In this document: positions 61,447 to 64,000 of the stretch, one piece after another
Layout: every line of letters starts with the position of its first letter
Position numbering within the stretch: position 1 is the stretch's first letter
Assembly: GCA_016906335.1 (NCBI GenBank)
Contig: JADEYG010000001.1
Span: 186,001-250,000 of the forward strand
Reading direction: 5' to 3'
Length of the DNA stretch: 64,000 nt
Source of the DNA: Novakomyces olei
Lineage: Eukaryota
Notes under the pieces: model-generated
Databases searched by the model: none
What the model was told of the DNA's origin: nothing
What the model saw: only the letters and a program-made list of their open reading frames with translations
Position numbers and translations under genes: made by a program

Positions 61447-61692
61447 GACTATAGTTGCACGGTGGACAGTATGTTATAAGCATCCAGATAACTTTTTTTC
61501 TCCTGATTTTTCCCCGTTTGCTTTGGGTCACAAAGGAAGCAGTGTTGCCATGAAAAATAGCTTGATTATTTTTCAGCTTGTAAATATTCTAGTCTTGGAA
61601 TTGATTTGGAGTTAATTATTGCTTTCGCAAACAGGAACCGTTTGTCATTATTATGTGAACGCGCAAATTTAAACGCCTATACCTTCCAGAAT

Positions 61693-64000
61693 CTAATCCT
61701 CATCCTCCAGGTAGCTGTACATAAACTTGAACTCTGGTTTTTTCCTTTGTATCCACGATCCTTCAAAGTCAAAGTACCTGTAAGTGCCTGACTCGTACTC
61801 ATCTGTAATGATCTTGGGTTCCTCATGGCGCTGGAACCAAGTGAGATATTTTTTGTGGAAACGCCAGCTTTGCTTTTTCAGCTCGTGTGCCGCTAATGAT
61901 CTGAATGTATTAATAAAAGTTCAGATATAACTGCAAGTGATTGAACAATGCAGCTTACAATTGAAAAAAGATAAAAATCAAACGAAAATATTTAATCTGA
62001 ACTAGTTCATATCCTTTGATAAAAAAAACAAAACAAATGAAGTATGTTTAAACAGATCAACAAACAAGAAAACAAAACCCCGTGAATTTGAGCAGATAAA
62101 GCACATCCAAAACCGCAAAATCTAACAAATAAATAAACATAAAAACGACTTACTGTTGATATGTCCCAGGCTGATAGTAAAACATGAAAAACAACGTATC
62201 CGTATCCATTTTCTCTACTGCAAAAGGAGATTCCAGCGAGCGCAATGGGTGCTGAGGGTAATAAGGCGGAACAGTAAAAGGGTTTCGCGGTTTGTAGGGC
62301 GGTTGCAATTCACTATCAGCCGCATCCGTCACATGATGAAATGATGCACTTAATAAAGCACCCGTTTCTGCATAGCTTCTTTGTCCCAAAAATTTTGATC
62401 GCGCGGATTCAAACGACGTAGCCAAATCTTGAATACCTTGCGGTAAATCAGCGGTCAAGCTAGCTGCCTGCTGCACTTGAGTCTTTTGATTAGTATTGAA
62501 ATTATTGTTTTGAACTACAGATGAGACCGTATTGGCCGCAGTCAGTGAGGGCGATGACGCTGTTCCGTCTGTTTCAATGCCTGGCAGTGTCGTCCCCGGC
62601 TGCCTCTGAGAAGGTAAACCTGGTGCTCCAGACCCTGTGGCTCCACTGGGCGTTCTTTGAGCAGAATCTGTGTCTGGTTTTGCTATAGACGAAGACGAAG
62701 ATGAAGCAGCAGCAGCAAATGCATACTGTAAACCTTCTGCACGGGGTTTGGGAGCTGGAGGCAAAGGAGCAATCTTGTGTGCACCACTTCCTCCTGATTG
62801 TGACGAGAAATCACGAGACGGTAATTTCGCAGGAGTAACTGAAGGCTTCCTTGCAGTTGTAGACGGAGCAGCAGGTTGAGCAGTGACGGGTAATGGCCTT
62901 GACGCCAATCCTGCTCCGGTAGGAGCAGTCTCCTTTTTGCTGCTGAGGAGTGAAGGTGAGTTAGAAGCACCTTCATTAGGACCTGCTTTGTCTGGTGAAG
63001 ACGAAGTCTTGTCCTCTTTCTTGTCCTTGCTCGCTTTTTCATCTTCTTTCTCAGTCCTGTTACTTTCGCTATTCAGGTTGTAAATAAGATCGTCTGTAGG
63101 CGGTTCGTCCTCCACTAGCTCCGGCTCTGCGACCAGTTCATCCGAGTCAAGATTTAGATCTTCATAAATGTCATCATCTTCCGCAAAATCAACGTCCTGG
63201 TTCGATTCGACATAGTACGCAACGTCCTCTTTGATCTTATCAACCTGTGAGGGAGAGAGTGAGTCATTCTCAAGCAGCCTTAAAATCTTTTCAAGTCTGC
63301 CTTGATGCCATTTATGTCGATCTATGAAATGCTCAACCTCATGCAGTCGATCCTGCTTTGAAGCATCACGCGATTTCTTCTTGACCGAGCTGTGTAAAGA
63401 ATCTTGTTCTGACTCTAATTGCTCTAACTGCCGATCCAGCTCTTCAATCATAGACGATATCCATTGGCCAATTTCTGATTTTTCTTTCTCTTTGGGATCC
63501 AATTTAGCCGCTGCTGATAAGCCTTCTTTACTAAACGCTTTTGTCTTCATTTCTTTCTCGACCGCCTTGAACTCCTCCATTTTCTGATTGTTAAATTAGT
63601 AAAAAAGACACCTCCAGCCAGAAACCATACCGTTTCAATCAGCCTTCGATTTTCAAGAAGAGGCTTCTTGTCCTTGATATCGCTGCTAGCAGCCCATGTT
63701 TTAATTTGGTCTCGAAGCCGTTGTAACCGTTTGATCTCTTTCTTTAAATCCGATTCGAGCTTTTCCTTTTGCGACTGGTTATTTGAGGCATCTAATTTGA
63801 ACTGAATATCATCAAAAGCCGCAATCTTTGTCAATTTAGCAACCAAGTTATAATCAAAACGATTTTTCTGTTGTGTCAATACCCCTTCTTGAACCTTTTT
63901 GAAGGTCCTGTCTATCTCGGCTAAATATTAAGTTAGCGATCATGAATTTTTCGCTCAGTGAAAGCATGTCATGATCTGTGCTTACCCTGAAGTTTCCGTG
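61693..64000 (-). CDS. NOT3: CCR4-NOT subunit Not3/Not5 (spliced; start codon just beyond the window end)
   Basis: [62 protein letters not shown]-terminal NOT box [31 protein letters not shown]. Confidence 0.95.

Overview
Gene-dense, intron-rich fungal DNA in the standard genetic code (CTG sits at a conserved Leu in the cyclophilin GLLSM motif). Short introns, several AAG acceptors and the gene content suggest an early-diverging ascomycete, possibly Taphrinomycotina; this is inference. About 22 housekeeping genes are recognisable: NHP6, a Zn2Cys6 TF, a TFIIIC subunit, ATG11, SurE, prenylcysteine oxidase, a trans-sulfuration enzyme, a SPO73/mug65-like gene, neutral trehalase, GPR89, cyclophilin, PhyH, OMS1, UPF0652, GLN1, RRF1, a CDK10-like kinase, AIM19, VMA21, LST7/folliculin and NOT3/5. 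The outstanding structure is a very large inverted repeat, with the left arm at ~30597-41173 and the right arm at ~53245-60062, enclosing a ~12 kb block of seven genes. The arms share a ~3.7-3.9 kb nearly identical core between visibly diverged flanks, and each arm lies between two divergently transcribed genes. They contain a 235-bp tandem repeat with GTCACGTG sites, T-rich higher-order satellite, arm-specific microsatellite expansions, a repeated three-hairpin module and remnants of a possible spliced gene. The architecture resembles an invertible (flip-flop) locus, but no MAT genes, transposase or recombinase are visible. Gene coordinates span start to stop including introns and were read by eye.
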